From Camelus dromedarius (lineage: Eukaryota), in contig NC_087436.1 of the NCBI RefSeq assembly GCF_036321535.1, forward strand, positions 42,410,001 to 42,474,000: 64,000 nt of DNA, given 5' to 3'. Both the position numbers and the translations under genes were made by a program. The notes under the pieces were generated by a model. It was not told the origin of the DNA, searched no databases, and saw only the letters and a program-made list of their open reading frames with translations. Positions 1 through 13,164 of this stretch are shown one piece after another; position 1 is the stretch's first letter, and each line of letters starts with the position of its first letter.

Positions 1-669
1 ATTGGCTCCCAGGAGATGCTGATGCTGTTAGTATGGGCTGTATAGTTGTTTCTATCTTAAGAGAAGATATTTCTAAAACCAGTTCATGTTTTGCTTTCAA
101 AACTATGCAACCTCTTTTTTTTTCTGGACTTAGATTATATGCGCTCTCTTTTTAGATGCATTTCATTAACACTCACTGTTTTTAGTGAGATCTTAAAGCA
201 AGGGTCAAAATTTTCTTTAAATTCTGGCTTAATAAAGTAACAAAAGCAGGCTGGCTGGAAACATGTATACAAATAGAATTTGCAATCACTATAAATATGA
301 AATAAGTATCTGCGATATGTAAGCAGAGCACCCAGAGAAAAGGTATGCTGCTTTCACAAACCTTAAATCATTCCAGACTCTTCAAAAGACCAGCAGAGCA
401 TCATAAAAATTATATAACACAGCACACAGACATACACATTATAACACTTACCATGATTTTGAAAATTCTCCAAGAATATGTGATATGAAAATCATAACGG
501 TATAGAAGTGAAATCATGCAGATTGTTGAAATGTTGAAATACATATTCATTTTATACAATGTCACTGGGGAATAATTCATTACACTAATAAAAAGAAAAG
601 ATTTACTTATATAATAATTCTATGACTCTATGAATATTATCAAAATTCCTTAAAGAGATGAAAATGTTA

Positions 670-1620
670 AGAACAAAAAACAAAAAGAAATTCTAGAGAT
701 CAAAAACATTGTAACAAAAATGAAGAATCCTTTGAGGGGCTTATTAATAGGCTGAACACAGCTGAGGAAAGAATTTCTGACCTTCAGGATAAGTCAGCAG
801 ACAATTCCAAAACAGAAAAGCAAAGAGAAAAAGGGCTGAAAAAAAAAATGGAACAGAACATCCAAGAACTGTGGAACAAATACAAAAGGTGTAACATATG
901 CATAATGGGAATACCAGAAGGAGAAGAAAGAGAAAAGAAATATTTGAAGCAATAATGGCTGAGAATTTCCCCAAATAGTCAGATACCAAATCACAGATCC
1001 AGGAAATTCAGAACACTAAGCAGGATAAATAGCAAACAAAAAAATAAACAAAAAATTGCAAGTAGACATATCATAGTCAAACTGCAGAGATCAAAGATAA
1101 AAAAATCTTGAAAGAGCCAGAGGGCAAAAACATATTCCCTAGAGGATCAAAGATAAATATTACATCCAACTTCTCCTCAGAAACCATGCAAACAAGAAGA
1201 GAGTGGAGTGAAATATTTAAAACGTTGAGAGAAAAACTCACTAACCTAGAATTCTGTATGCTGTGAAATATTCTTCAAAACTGAAGGTGAAATAAAGATC
1301 TTCTCAGACAAGCTAAAATTGAGAGAACTTGTTGCCAGTAAACCTCCCTTGCAAGAAATGTTAAAAGAAATTCTTCAGAGAGAAGGAAAGTAATGTAGGT
1401 CAAAAACTCGGAATTATGTAAAGAAAGAGCATTGCGGAAGTAATAAGTGAAGGTAAAATAAAAACTTATTTTTCTTATTGATTCAACACCTAAAAGTTTG
1501 TCTCAAATATTAATAGCAACAATGTATTTGATTATGTATGCTTATATGTGGCTTATGTGTGCTTATGAATAAGTGAAACAAATGACAGCAATGTCACAAG
1601 GGACTAGAGAGAGGAATTAT
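670..1620 (+). mobile_element. Old L1 (L1MC/L1MD-type) ORF1 remnant plus start of inter-ORF region
   Basis: Degenerate ORF1 motifs (gctgaggaaagaatttctgacctt; gagaatttccccaaa; tcagaaaccatgcaaacaagaagagagtggagtgaaatatttaaa; aacctagaattctgtatg), A-rich sense strand, many stops. Confidence 0.85.
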
Positions 1621-1684
1621 AATAATTACTGTTTTTCAAATTGAGATACAATTGACATTAATTTGAGAAATTAGAATTATTCCT

Positions 1685-2055
1685 ATTTTTTAACTGAGGT
1701 ATAACTGACATTAATTTCAGGTATACAACACAATGATTTGACATTTGTATACACTGCAAAATGATCACCCAATAAGTCTGGTTAACATCAATCATCACAT
1801 AGAGTTACAATTTTTTTTCTTGTGAGAGAAACCATTGAAAAAAATTTTTAGTTTTAAAAAATAAGCACTGAAGAATTCACTGCATGTATAATTCTTGTTG
1901 TAATGAGAATTTTTAAAGCTACTCCCTTAGCAACCTGCAAATATACAATAAAGTATTATTACCTATAGTCATCATGCTGTACATTACATCATCCCTAGGA
2001 ATGGATGTTTGTACCTTTTGACCCCTTTCACCCATTTTGCCCACCTCCTACCACC
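1685..2055 (-). mobile_element. Antisense L1 3'UTR fragment (L1MA9/L1_Art-like) nested in the old L1 cluster
   Basis: ttttaactgaggtataactgacatt...tatacaacacaatgatttgacatttgtatacactgcaaaatgatcacc...cttagcaac...tatagtcatcatgctgtacattacatc is the reverse complement of a eutherian L1 3' end. Confidence 0.8.
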
Positions 2056-3810
2056 AAATCAATTTAAAGAAAAGAAGAGCAACAGAGAAAAAATTAACAA
2101 AAGTAGAATAAATTCTTTCATTTTTAAACTCTTAATTGGTCTAAAACATAACTGTTTATAGCAATAACAGTAGTAGTGTATTAGGTGACTATAGCATATG
2201 GACAAGTAAAATCAATGACAACATTGTCATAAGGGATGAGATGAAGTAATTCTGTATTGCTCTGCACCACATGGAAGTGGTTCCATGTTATTTAAAATTA
2301 GATTTAGGTTATATAAAAATACATATTTTAAACTCTAGGGCAACCACTAAATTTTTTAAAGTGAAGTGTAATTTGACACACTGAGAGGAGATAAAATTTA
2401 GTCATGTAAAAATGTTCAATTAAAACCAGAGAAGGAAGAAAAAGAAGGGGAAAGAGAAACAAATAATAAATGTCATGAGTAGAAAACAGTTACAAACATG
2501 ATAAATATTAGTTCAATTGTATCAATACTCAACTTTAAATGTGAAACAGCCTATATGTACATATTGGAATAGATTGTCAGTGTGGGTACAAAAATATCCA
2601 AATAAGTTTTCCACACTAATATCACTTTAAATATAAATGCTCATATAAGGTAAAATGAAATGTATGGGCTCAGACAGTCCATGCTAACACTAATCAAAAG
2701 AAAACTGAAGGGCTATATTAACTTCCAACAAAGCAAACTGCAGAATAAGGAAGATTTTTCAGGCATAAAGAGTGGGCATGGTATAATGGTAAAGGGGTGA
2801 TTCTCCAACAAAAAATAATGAACCTAATAATGTATTCACCAAACAAAAGAGCATCAAAATAAATAAGACAAAAATGGATGGAACTTACAGAAAAAACAGA
2901 CAAAGCCACTACTATAGTTGAAGACTTCATCAACCCTCTATCAGTTATTGATAGATAAAGTAGGCAAAAAAAAACCTAAAAATATAGATAATGTGAACAG
3001 TACTATAAATCAAATTGATCTAATTCACATTTATAGAACACTCCATCCAACAGTAGAATATATACATTCTTCTTAAACTCAAATGGTGTATTCACCAAGA
3101 TAGATTGCAGTATAGGTCATAAAATACATCAAAACAAATCTAAAAGAATAGAAACCATAAATAGTATATTATTAGAACAAGCTTAAATTAAGTTGGAAAT
3201 CAATTAAAAAAAAAAAAAGACAAACTTCCCAAATATTCAGAAAATAAACAGCTCTTTATATATAATCTATAGTTCAAAGAAGAAAGTTTATGAGAAAATT
3301 TTAAATACTTTAAACTAAAAGAAAATAAAAATATCCTCATCAAAATTTGTCAAAAATAGCAAAAGCAGTGCTTGGAGAGAAATTTATAGCTTAAACAAAT
3401 TTATTAGAAAAGAAAAAAGGATCTTAAATCAATAACTGAAGCTTCCAATTAGGAAACTGGAGAAAGAAAAGCAGAAATTAATGAAATTGAAAAAAAGACA
3501 ACAATATAGAAAATAACCAACAATAAAAAAATCTGGCTCTTCCAAGGACCCATAAAGTTTATAAAACTGTAGCCAATCTAACCAAGAAAAAAAGAAAATA
3601 TGTAATTTACCAATATCAGAAACAAAAGAGAGTTCATCACTACTTATTGTGGACATTAAAAGGATAATAAAGGAATGCTATGAGAAACTTCACACCTACA
3701 AATTAAGTAAAATGAACCAACTCCTTAGAAGACACAAAACTGTCAAAATTCACACAATAATTATGAGAGAAACTAAGTCAATAAATTAACAATTTCCCAA
3801 AAGTAAAGCA

Positions 3811-4200
3811 AAAAGAATCTAAAAGCACTGAACTCATAGAAACAGAGAGTTGAATGACAGTTGCCAGAGGCTAGTGAGGTGGGGGAAATGGGGAGATGTT
3901 GGTGAAATGGTATAACTTTTCAGCTATGCAGGATGAATAAGTTTTGGAGATAATGTATAGCATGGTGTCTGTAGTTAGTAATACTGTATTGTATACTTGA
4001 AAAAAATTTGTTGAGAGTCGATCTTACATGTTCTCACCACAAAAGAAAACTGGTAATGATATGAGGTGATAGATATGTTAATTAGCTTGACTGTGGTGAT
4101 ATTTCACAGTGTACGTTACATATATCAAAACATCAGGTTGAACAACTTAAATACATACAATTTTTATTTGTCAAATTATCCCCCAACGATCAATAAAATA
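3811..4200 (+). mobile_element. 5'-truncated L1 3'UTR (L1MA-type) nested in host ORF2, with ~10-bp TSD
   Basis: gaactcatagaaacagagagttgaatg...gttgccagaggc...aattagcttgactgtggtgat...caataaa tail; flanks aagtaaagca (3801-3810) and aaataaagca (4201-4210); host ORF2 resumes at 4211. Confidence 0.85.
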
Positions 4201-4754
4201 AAATAAAGCATATGGCTCAGATTGGTTTACTGTGAATTCTACACAACATTTAAAGAAGAAATAATAGAAATTCTCAGCAATCTCTTCTAGAAAATAAAAG
4301 CAGGGGACACTGATTAACTCATTCTAGGATGTCGGCATTACTATACAAAGTTCAGATCAAGATACTGCAAACAAACAAACAATGCCCCCCCCAAAAAAGC
4401 CAACAACAACAACAAAAAACCTTACAGACCACTCTCTCATAAAGATAAATTAAAAATCCCCAACACTTTATTAGCAAATTGAATCCAACAGTATAAAAAA
4501 TAATTATACATCATGTTTTAGTGGGATTTATTCCAGGTATGCAAGAGTGGTCCAATAGTTGAAAAATCAGTCAATATAATCCACCACATCAATTGCATTT
4601 AGAAGAAAAATCATATGATCATATTAATTGATGCAGAAAAATTATTTGGCAAAATCCAACATTCATTCATGATAAAAGTTCCTGATGTAGGAATTGTACA
4701 CAAAATATACAAAGACTCTTAAGCTCAATAAGAAACAAACAACTCAATTAAAAA

Positions 4755-5585
4755 CATCACTAATCATCAAAGAAATGCAAATCAAAACCACAATGAGATA
4801 ACATATCATACCTGTCTGAATGGCTACCTTCAAAAAGACAATAAATAATAAATGTTGGCAAGGATGTGGAGAAGAAGAAACTTTCATGCACTGCTGGTAG
4901 GAATGTAAGTTGGTACAGTCACTATGGAAAACAGTTAACAAAATTTAAAAATAGAACTACCATATGATCCAGCAATTCTACTCCTGGGTATATATCTAAA
5001 GAAAGTGAAAATGCTAATTTGAAAAGATGTATACACTCCAATATGAACAGAAGCATTCTTTACAATAGTCAAAATATGGAAGCAACCTAAGTGTTCATCA
5101 ACAGATGAATCAATAATGAAGCTGTGGTATATACACAATGGGATACTACACAGCCATAAAAAACGATGAAAATTTGCCATTTGCAGCTACGTGGATGACT
5201 TGGAGGGTGTTATGCTTAACAAAGTCAGACAGAGAAAGATAAATACTGTATGTTTTCACTGATATGTGGAACCTAAAAAATAAAATAAATGAATGAATAA
5301 AAAAAAAACAGAAGCAGACTTACAGATACAAGGAACAAATAGTGGTTCCCACTTGGGAGAGCGGTGGGGATAGGGGAAAGTTGGGGAAAAGAATTAAGAA
5401 GTACAAACTATTAGGTATAAAATAAACAACATATAAGGTTGTAACATATAGCACAGATAATATAGCCAATATTTTATAATAGCTTTAAATGGAATATAAT
5501 CTTTAAAAGTACTGAATCACTATATTGTACACCTGAAATTAATATAAAATTGTAAATCAACTATACTTCAATTTTAAAAATTAAA
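4755..5585 (+). mobile_element. 5'-truncated L1 (ORF2 C-terminus + 3'UTR, L1_Art/L1MA-like) nested in host L1
   Basis: catcactaatcatcaaagaaatgcaaatcaaaaccacaatgaga...ccatatgatccagcaattctactcctgggtat...tgtaaatcaactatacttcaatt; host motif caattaaaaa|tgggcaaaag is split around it. Confidence 0.85.
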
Positions 5586-7964
5586 TTTAAAAATGGGCAA
5601 AAGATCTGAACAGACACCTTATCAAAGAAAATATACAGATGGCAAATAAACATGTGGGAAAATGCTAAATAGCATTTGTCAATAGGGAAATGTACATTAC
5701 AGTAATACATCAGCTCTCATTTGAAACCTATTTAAATGGCTAAAAAATAGGAAATCTCATACACTGCTGGTGGGGATATAAAATGGCATGGTCACTTTGG
5801 AAGAGTTTGGCAGTTTTTTACAAAGCTAAATATACTCTTACCATATAATCCAGAAATCGCACTCCTAAGTATTTATCCAGCTGATTTGAAAACTTATGTC
5901 TATACAGAAACCTGTACAATGTTTCTATCAACTTTATTTCTAACTGCCAAAAACTGAAAGCAAACAAGATGTCCTTCAATAGGTTAATTGATAAACTACG
6001 ATATATCCACACAATAGAATCTTTTTCTGCAATAATAAGGAATGCACTATCAAGTCACAAAAAGACACATATGAACTTCAAGTGCCTTTGCTAAGTGTCA
6101 GACACTAGTCTGAAAATGCTACTAACTTTATGATTACATTTATATGACATTCTGGAAAAGACAAAACTACAGATCGCAACAGCAAACAGATCAGTGGTTG
6201 CCAGGGACTTGGGTTAGGGGTTAAGGTTGTTGAATAGGTAGAGCACAGAGGATTTTCTAGTGTGGTGAAATTATTCTATGTAATAATGTTATGGTGGCTA
6301 CATTACATTCTATATTTCTCAAAACTCAGTACTTTATAGCAGAATGAGTAAATCTTAATGTATGCAGATTTAAAAAAATCATTTACAGGGGATCTCAGCA
6401 TAGAACACTGTGACAAAAACATTTAACTGCATTATAAATGTATAAAACAGCCTTTCTGAAAGAGTGGGTAAAAAAGTTGCTGACCAAAGTAACTTTGAAA
6501 ATGAATGGAATCAGTAAGACTCAAAAAAGGCAAAAAGAACTTCACATGAGTATAAAACCCAAGTTGAAAAAGTTGTTTCCTACAGGGATATGGGCTAACA
6601 TGTGCACTGGAACTGAGTAATTAAGTAAATGGATGGTAGCTGATCAGAGCCCCAGGAATGGGAGATTTCGACAAGCTAGAGGAGAAGGCTTGAATGACCC
6701 ATGAGGTAACTAATGATAGTCAAAAACTACACGAACTCACTTCTTGGCTTAATGTAGACACAGATGGAGATATCAATATAAATGTTTATGGAGATATAAA
6801 TGTTTCTATTAGCTGAAAGTGTCTAGAAGCAATGACATTCTAGTAGCAACAAGCATACTAGTTCCCAGATTTTGGTTTCCAGTACCATTCTCTAATAAAA
6901 GAAACAAAAGCTTCTGGGATAAATGGTTTATTCTAAAACTGGGGCAGGAAATATATAAGATGAACTTAAAACATCTTAGTGCCAAAAAGTACTTTTAAAA
7001 AACCCCACAATGATGGGGGTATATCAAAAAGACACAGCAGTCAACTGAAAGAACTTCGAATGACCAAAGCTAAAACAATTTGAACAATAAGTAATTAACA
7101 GTATATTATAACCTAAATTATAAAATAAATATTCCTGAGTCCACACGGATATAAATAACTGATTAAATAAATAAATAATTGAGTGAGAAGAGACAAATCT
7201 CCTATGCAGTAGAATGCAAACAATTATTGTAGATGACTCCAACCTTAAGAAGATAGAGCATTAACTCCCCACTACTTAAGTATGGGCTGTTCATAATGAC
7301 TTTCTTCCTAAGAGTAGATATAGAAAGGCAGAGAAAAGAGTAACTTTACAGTCCAGAGACCTGAGAAACATTTCCTCAGGTCACCAAGGTCAACAGCAAC
7401 AGTGATACATCATGTAGATAGTATGTACTCTTGATATGATGTGATGAGAATGGCACTTTACCTCTGTGGTCTTTCTACCAAAAACCTAAAACCACACCCT
7501 AATGACAAGAGAAACATCAGACAAATCCCAATAGAGGGAACCATATTTAACCACTACTCCTCAAAACCATCAATGTCATAAAAAACAAGGAAATTCTGGG
7601 AATGTGTCACAGCCAAGAGGAGCCTAAGGAGATGCGATGACTAAATATGACATGGTATCCTAGATGGGATACTGGAATGTAAAAGGACCATGAGGTAAGC
7701 AATTAAGGACATCTAACTAATAATCTAACTAAAGTATGGACTTCAGTTAATAATTATGTACCAGCTGGTTCATCTGTTGCGACAAATGTACCATACTAAT
7801 ATGCAATGTTACTAACAAAGGTAATAGTAATCTCTTCACAACTTTTCTTTAAATACATATTCTAAAATAAAAAGTGTATTAACATTTTAAAATTTTTATA
7901 TAAAAATCTTAAATTTTAGATATATAGATCTATAAAAAACCTTATGTATCAACTACTAAAATTT

Positions 7965-8070
7965 CCTCATTTTACCACACAGGAAACTGACCCCCAGAGG
8001 AACTCACTAAACCAAGATCACACAAGTCCAGAACCCTTGTCTGTTACTACCGAGCTTTACCACTACGCCT
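7965..8070 (-). mobile_element. MIR SINE fragment
   Basis: cctcattttacc...ggaaactgacccccagagg...ccaagatcacaca core in reverse orientation. Confidence 0.6.
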
Positions 8071-11000
8071 GTTAACAGTGAGAAATTTAAGTTTCTTCAA
8101 AATTTAAAGTGTGAAACACATTAGAGCAATATGGAAGAAGTTTACAACATGCTTTATAACTCTTTTTAACGTAATACATTGATTTTAATTCTTCCTAAAG
8201 TATGTCTTGTTGAACACATTGGGCTCAAGGAAAGCCATAAGTGTTTAAAAATCATGACCTTAGTATTACATATAAGACAGAATGATTTATTCAGAGTAGC
8301 AAGACTTTAAGTCATGCTGCCCTCTGAGTCAGTCTGCTCCAGGGATAACTCTGTAAGATGAGCCTAACTTTCAGAAGAGACTTCTGATTAAAGAAAAGAC
8401 ATGAGTGCTCAAAAAAAATATCCTGTGCTTTTTATTTCTCTGCCTAATAGAGAAATAATTGTCTTAGGAAACTGTGACCCTGAGGAGTTACATGAATTCC
8501 TTGTGGTAATTTATTAAGTCAGTGGCATAATTCCTTGTTAGTTCATCTAGTTTACATTTCTAAATCCTATATGCCAGAATCCCACTAAAATTACTGAAAT
8601 GTAATTTGATGGCATCAAATAAAAGTGAATCCATTAGGACCCAAGAAATAACAGATCTTCATGGAGGGCCCACAGGAGAACAGGGAACATGCTTTGTCTT
8701 CTTTCAATACTTTTTTTCCCTCAGTATCTACTCTGACTTCTTCCTTTAAAAATTGAAAAGTTTAGTTTCCAGAAGCAAAAGTAATGAAATGACATGATAC
8801 CCTTCCAGCCCTACAGAAATATTAAATCTATTTTGTTAGGTTAGCCAGTAGGGAAAGCATTCAGTATTGCTCAATTATTCTCATCCATCTGTTCAATACA
8901 GTGAAGTGACCTTCCTAGTCCTTCTCTCCATGAAAAGAAACAATGTAGAGAAAAATTCAGTAGGTGTCACAAAGATAAATAATAAGGGAAGTAGATTATT
9001 ATTAAACCTCATGAATAGTCCTTAAAAATGTTTCTATATTTTGAATCTAAATACGATCGAGTACTGTGGGGCAAACAACAGTTACAAAACAAGAACAAAA
9101 ATGTTATTTTTAAGCCTTAAACGAGGAGCTCAGCTTATAGGGCTGCTTCAGCTTCTGTTCTTCTATTTACTGTGTTATGATACAGACTCTATAGGACTTA
9201 CATCTGGTGAAAAAGGCTTTAAAAAAAAGAAACTCTGAGGTCCATTATGTTCACTTCTTTGGTGATAAAACTATATTTCTAGGTAACTTAAGTGAACAGT
9301 AATTTTAACACTTCTTTAAAAAAATAAAAATTAAGAAATTAAACTTCAGTATTCTAAACCTTCAATATTTTTTCTGTATCTTTATGAAGTCCATGAAATA
9401 CTGCCTTTTTCTTTTTTTTCCCCATGAGTGGTCTTTCTATTAACCTTAGTCACTGATCTGCTTTCTTTCTTCCAGTCTCCTAAAAGTCTTGATTATTATG
9501 GCACCTGTTAAGTTATTTCACTAACACCAAACCAATTCTATGCCTTCACCTCCCTTCTCAATTTAATCTAGCAACTCCTTTCTCTGTAGACTTCATTCTT
9601 TTTTCATACCAGGACCTTTCCCCTCTTCTTTAATTCTACAAATCATTCTTTAACTTCGTGAAGTTCATATTACATATTCAGTTTAAGGGCTTAAAATAGC
9701 ACACATAATACTAAATTCCATTTTCCCCCGTTCAACTTAACCTTTTAGGCCCCGTGGGCCAATTCCAGTAAAGACTGTGAAAATCTGGCTCATTTATTAC
9801 ATTTTTGTGAGTGAATAAAAGGTTTAAACGAACTGAAACCATACTAGAAAGGAAAAGCCCTAAAAATGACATGCTTTGCTTCCTCCATATTACACTGATG
9901 GGCTGATTGACAATGCTGAACACTCTTGCTAGGTAATAAAATTAAATGGATACAGCACACGGTGAGGCTGGTCAAGAAAGATTGATGGCTATATTAAGTT
10001 GAAGTTTTCTCTTTCCTTCAAAAAGCCAAAGTAAATTAACAACTGAAAACACAAAGCAGCCTTTCTTTCTTCCTCCCTAAAGTAAAGTTTCCAAAAACTA
10101 GAACACGGTTGCCTAGCTCATGATTATTTAAAGCCAAAATCATCCATATATTATGCAATGACGTGTATGTGTAACATCATGATATGATACAACAGATTTA
10201 GGTAAAATAAAACCTCAACAAAATCTTCTTGTGATGCAATACCAAAATAATCCATTAAGGAAAGAATTCAAATATAAAGTTAACCACTTTCACCTAGTAA
10301 CGTATTTGAAAAACTCATTTTGGTAAAATATATAACATTTCTACGTAATAGGTGAATTTCTCTTTGAGAATTTTTGCATACCTATTTTTTTTTTTACTTT
10401 GTATGCATCTGTATCTTTCCAAATTTCTTACTCATATTGCCTAAAGCACCTCAGCCTTGATTCTACATTAACAGTTATAATATTCAGTTTAATGTGTTAT
10501 ATTGACAATTATGTAGATATATATATATATTTACCCATTTAAACATCTTTTCTGGATATTTTGAAACATTTTCATAAATTTGTAACCAAAATCCAAAGAA
10601 ATATTATATATTTTATAAGTATTAATAAAATTATTACTTCATACCAGACCATCAAATGATGCCTTTTGTGCAGCTCTGGGAAATCTAAGTGACTTCTGTA
10701 CAATAATAATTTTCATTTACATTTAAGGAATAATAATAATACCATTTTGAATAGTAACAGGAAAGTTACAGTTTATAATTCAGAATATTTAAGAAATATT
10801 TTGTTACACTGAACACATTTTTATTTGACTAAAGATAATAGATATTTAATTATACACATTTACTATAATATATACCATAAATACTGTAATAGTTATGTAT
10901 TTCAGTATGTTATATAATTGATACTCTATATTATATATTTTTTAAAATTTAAAAGATAAAAGAAAGTAAAATGAATAATAATAAATACAGACCACACCAA

Positions 11001-11749
11001 CCATGAGAATCACTTGTAACTTTAGGCTATTTTTTCCAGTTATTTATCTATGCAGAGGGTATTTTTCTGAATATAATTTAAATAAGTCTATACACATATA
11101 CACAGCTGTATGTCATGTTTTTATATAATACTTATATTACTTGTTTTTATGATTTTCTTAAACATACATTTTAGTGGTAGTGTCATACTTAACACCTATA
11201 AAAATTCATAATGAATGCATGAATCAAGAGGTGTTTACTAAGGCTGATAGGCTGGCAAGTTTTCCATCTTTTACAAATCTAGTTCTTTATTTTAATTTGA
11301 TTTCCTTCTGACTTTTAAAGATATTTAGCCCTCTGATTATCTAAAGTAAAATTCTAACTTTACAGATTTTTAATTTTGAACTTATTCATAAGATACCTAT
11401 CCATTTATCAGATTAAAAAATCATCTTGGCAGAAATGAAATTTTTTTTATATTTTTTTATTGAGTAATAGTTATTTTACAATGTTGTGCCAAATTCTAGT
11501 GTAGAGCACAATTTTTCAGTCATACGTGAACATGTATATATTCATTGTCACATTTTTTTCGCTATGAGCTACCACAAGATCTTGTATATTTTCCCCTGTG
11601 CTATAGAGTATAATCTTGTTTATCTGTCCTACATTTTAAAATCCCAGTCTGTCCCTTCCCACCCCCTGCCTCCTTGGCAACCACAAGTTTGTATTCTGTC
11701 TATGAGACTGTTTCTGTTTTGTATTTATGTTTTGTTTGTTTGTTTGTTT

Positions 11750-12118
11750 TTAGATTCCTCATATAAGCGATCTCATATGGTATTTTTCTTTCTCTTTTTG
11801 GCTTACTTCACTTAGAATGACATTCCCCAAGAACATCCATGTTGTTGCAAATGGCGTTATGTTCTTGGGTTTTGTGGCTGAATAGTATTCCATCATATAA
11901 ATATACCACCACTTCTTTATTCAGTCATCTGTTGATGGACATCTAGGCTGCTTCCATGTCTTGGCTATTGTAAATAGTGCTGCTATGAACATTGGGGTGC
12001 AGGTGTCATTTTGAAGTAGGGCTCCTTCTGGATTTATGCCCAGGAGCAGGATTCCTGGGTCATATGGTAAGTCTACTCCTAGTCTTTTGAGGAATCTCCA
12101 TACTGTTTTCCACAGTAG
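11750..12118 (-). pseudogene. L1 ORF2p C-terminal segment (123 codons downstream of the CCHC knuckle), two in-frame TGA
   Basis: Manual translation LLWKTVWRFLKRLGVDLPYDPGILLLGINPE...DTCTPMFIAALFTIAKTWKQPRCPSTDD*IKKWWYIYMMEYYSA...VILSEVSQKEKEKYHMRSLI*GI matches the mammalian ORF2p C-terminus; no indels. Confidence 0.9.
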
Positions 12119-12261
12119 CTTTCCTTGCTTCCCTCTCCCACTCTTAATGATTTAGATGTCTTCTTTTACAATTTTGTGTTTATTCTTTTTGTAATTCATG
12201 GCAGTTATCTCCTTTCCAGTTATGAGTTTCTCATTTTTGTAGCATCCTGCTTCTTTTCTAT

Positions 12262-13164
12262 TTAGAGTAGACCTGTCAATATTTCTTTTAGCATGGGTTT
12301 AGTGTTGCTAAACTCTTTTAGTTTTGCTTGCCTGTGAAGTTCTTTCTCTCTCCTTCTATTCTGAAGGATAGCCTTGCTGGATAGAGCATCCTAGGCTGCA
12401 TCTTTTCTTCATTCAGGACTTTGGATATATCTTGCCACTCCCTTCTGGCCTGTAGTGTTTGTGTAGAGAAATCAGCTGAGAGCCTTGTGGGGGTTCCCTT
12501 GTAACTCACTCTTTGTTTTTCTCTTGCTGCCTTTAGGATCATTTCTTTATCCTTGACTCTGGCCATTTTGATTATGATGTGTCTTGGTGTGAGTCTGTCT
12601 GGGTTCTTCCTGTTTGGGACCCTCTGAGCCTCCTGTACTTGGATATCTGATTCTTTCTTTAGGTTTGGGAAGTTTTCAGTCATGATTTCTTCAAATACCT
12701 TTTCAGTCCCCTTTGTTCTTTCTTCCCCTTCTGGAACCACTATTATGCGTAGATTGGCATGCTTTATATTATCTCATAGGTCCCTTATATTGTTTTCATT
12801 TTTTTTTAATTTGTTTTTCTCTCAGCTGTTCTGATTGGGTGCTTTCTGTTGTCCTGTCTTCTAGGTCACTTATTCGTTCCTCTGCATTATCTAGCCTGCT
12901 TTGCACAGCCTTTAGGTGAGCTCTCATCTCAGCAAATGAGTTTACTAATTCTACTTGGTTCTTCTTTATAGCTTCTATTTCATTTTTCACATATTTTATA
13001 TCTCTAAACACTGTTTCTTTAAGTTCCTTCAGTACTTTGATCACTCCTCTTTTGAAATTTTGATCTAGTAAGCCATCAATGTCTATTTCCTTGATCAAGC
13101 TTTCAGGGGATTTCTCTTGCTCTTTTAATTGGGAGTGGTTCCTCTGCTTCTTCATATTGCTCAT
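12262..13164 (-). pseudogene. L1 ORF1p (~300 aa; coiled coil, RRM, CTD), disrupted by two frameshifts and one nonsense codon
   Basis: ORFs 12796-13164 (…SRLDNAEERISDLED…) and 12318-12740 (VPEGEE…ENFPNL…QEAQRVP…TPRHIIIK…ILKAAREK…LSADFS…ARREW…LYPARLSF); extra A in A9 run 12799-12807, TGA at 12776-12774, missing A near 12323; restored end KQKLKEFSNTKPMLKEILTGLL*. Confidence 0.95.

Larger units (their letters stand above)
2060..7880 (+). mobile_element. Old L1 (L1MC/L1MD-type): inter-ORF, degraded ORF2 (EN ~2500-3250, RT core largely deleted near 4685) and long 3'UTR; interrupted by two younger L1 3' ends
   Basis: EN-like (tcaactttaaatgtgaa; atagttgaagacttcatcaaccctct; tatacattcttc), RT N-terminal (gatgcagaaaaattatttggcaaaatccaac), C-terminal (aaatgggcaaaagatctgaacagacacc) and characteristic long 3'UTR (gtcacagccaagaggagcctaaggagatgcgatgactaaat...aaaataaaaagt). 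Confidence 0.85.

Noticed and set aside
744..994. Hydrophobic Phe/Leu-rich minus-strand ORFs resembling membrane peptides (also 3429-3656, 41598-41840, 44388-44639)
   Set aside because: Antisense translations of A-rich L1 sequence.
10450..11200. Very AT-rich tract, possible matrix-attachment region
   Set aside because: Low complexity, probably including decayed L1ME 3'UTR; function cannot be supported from sequence.
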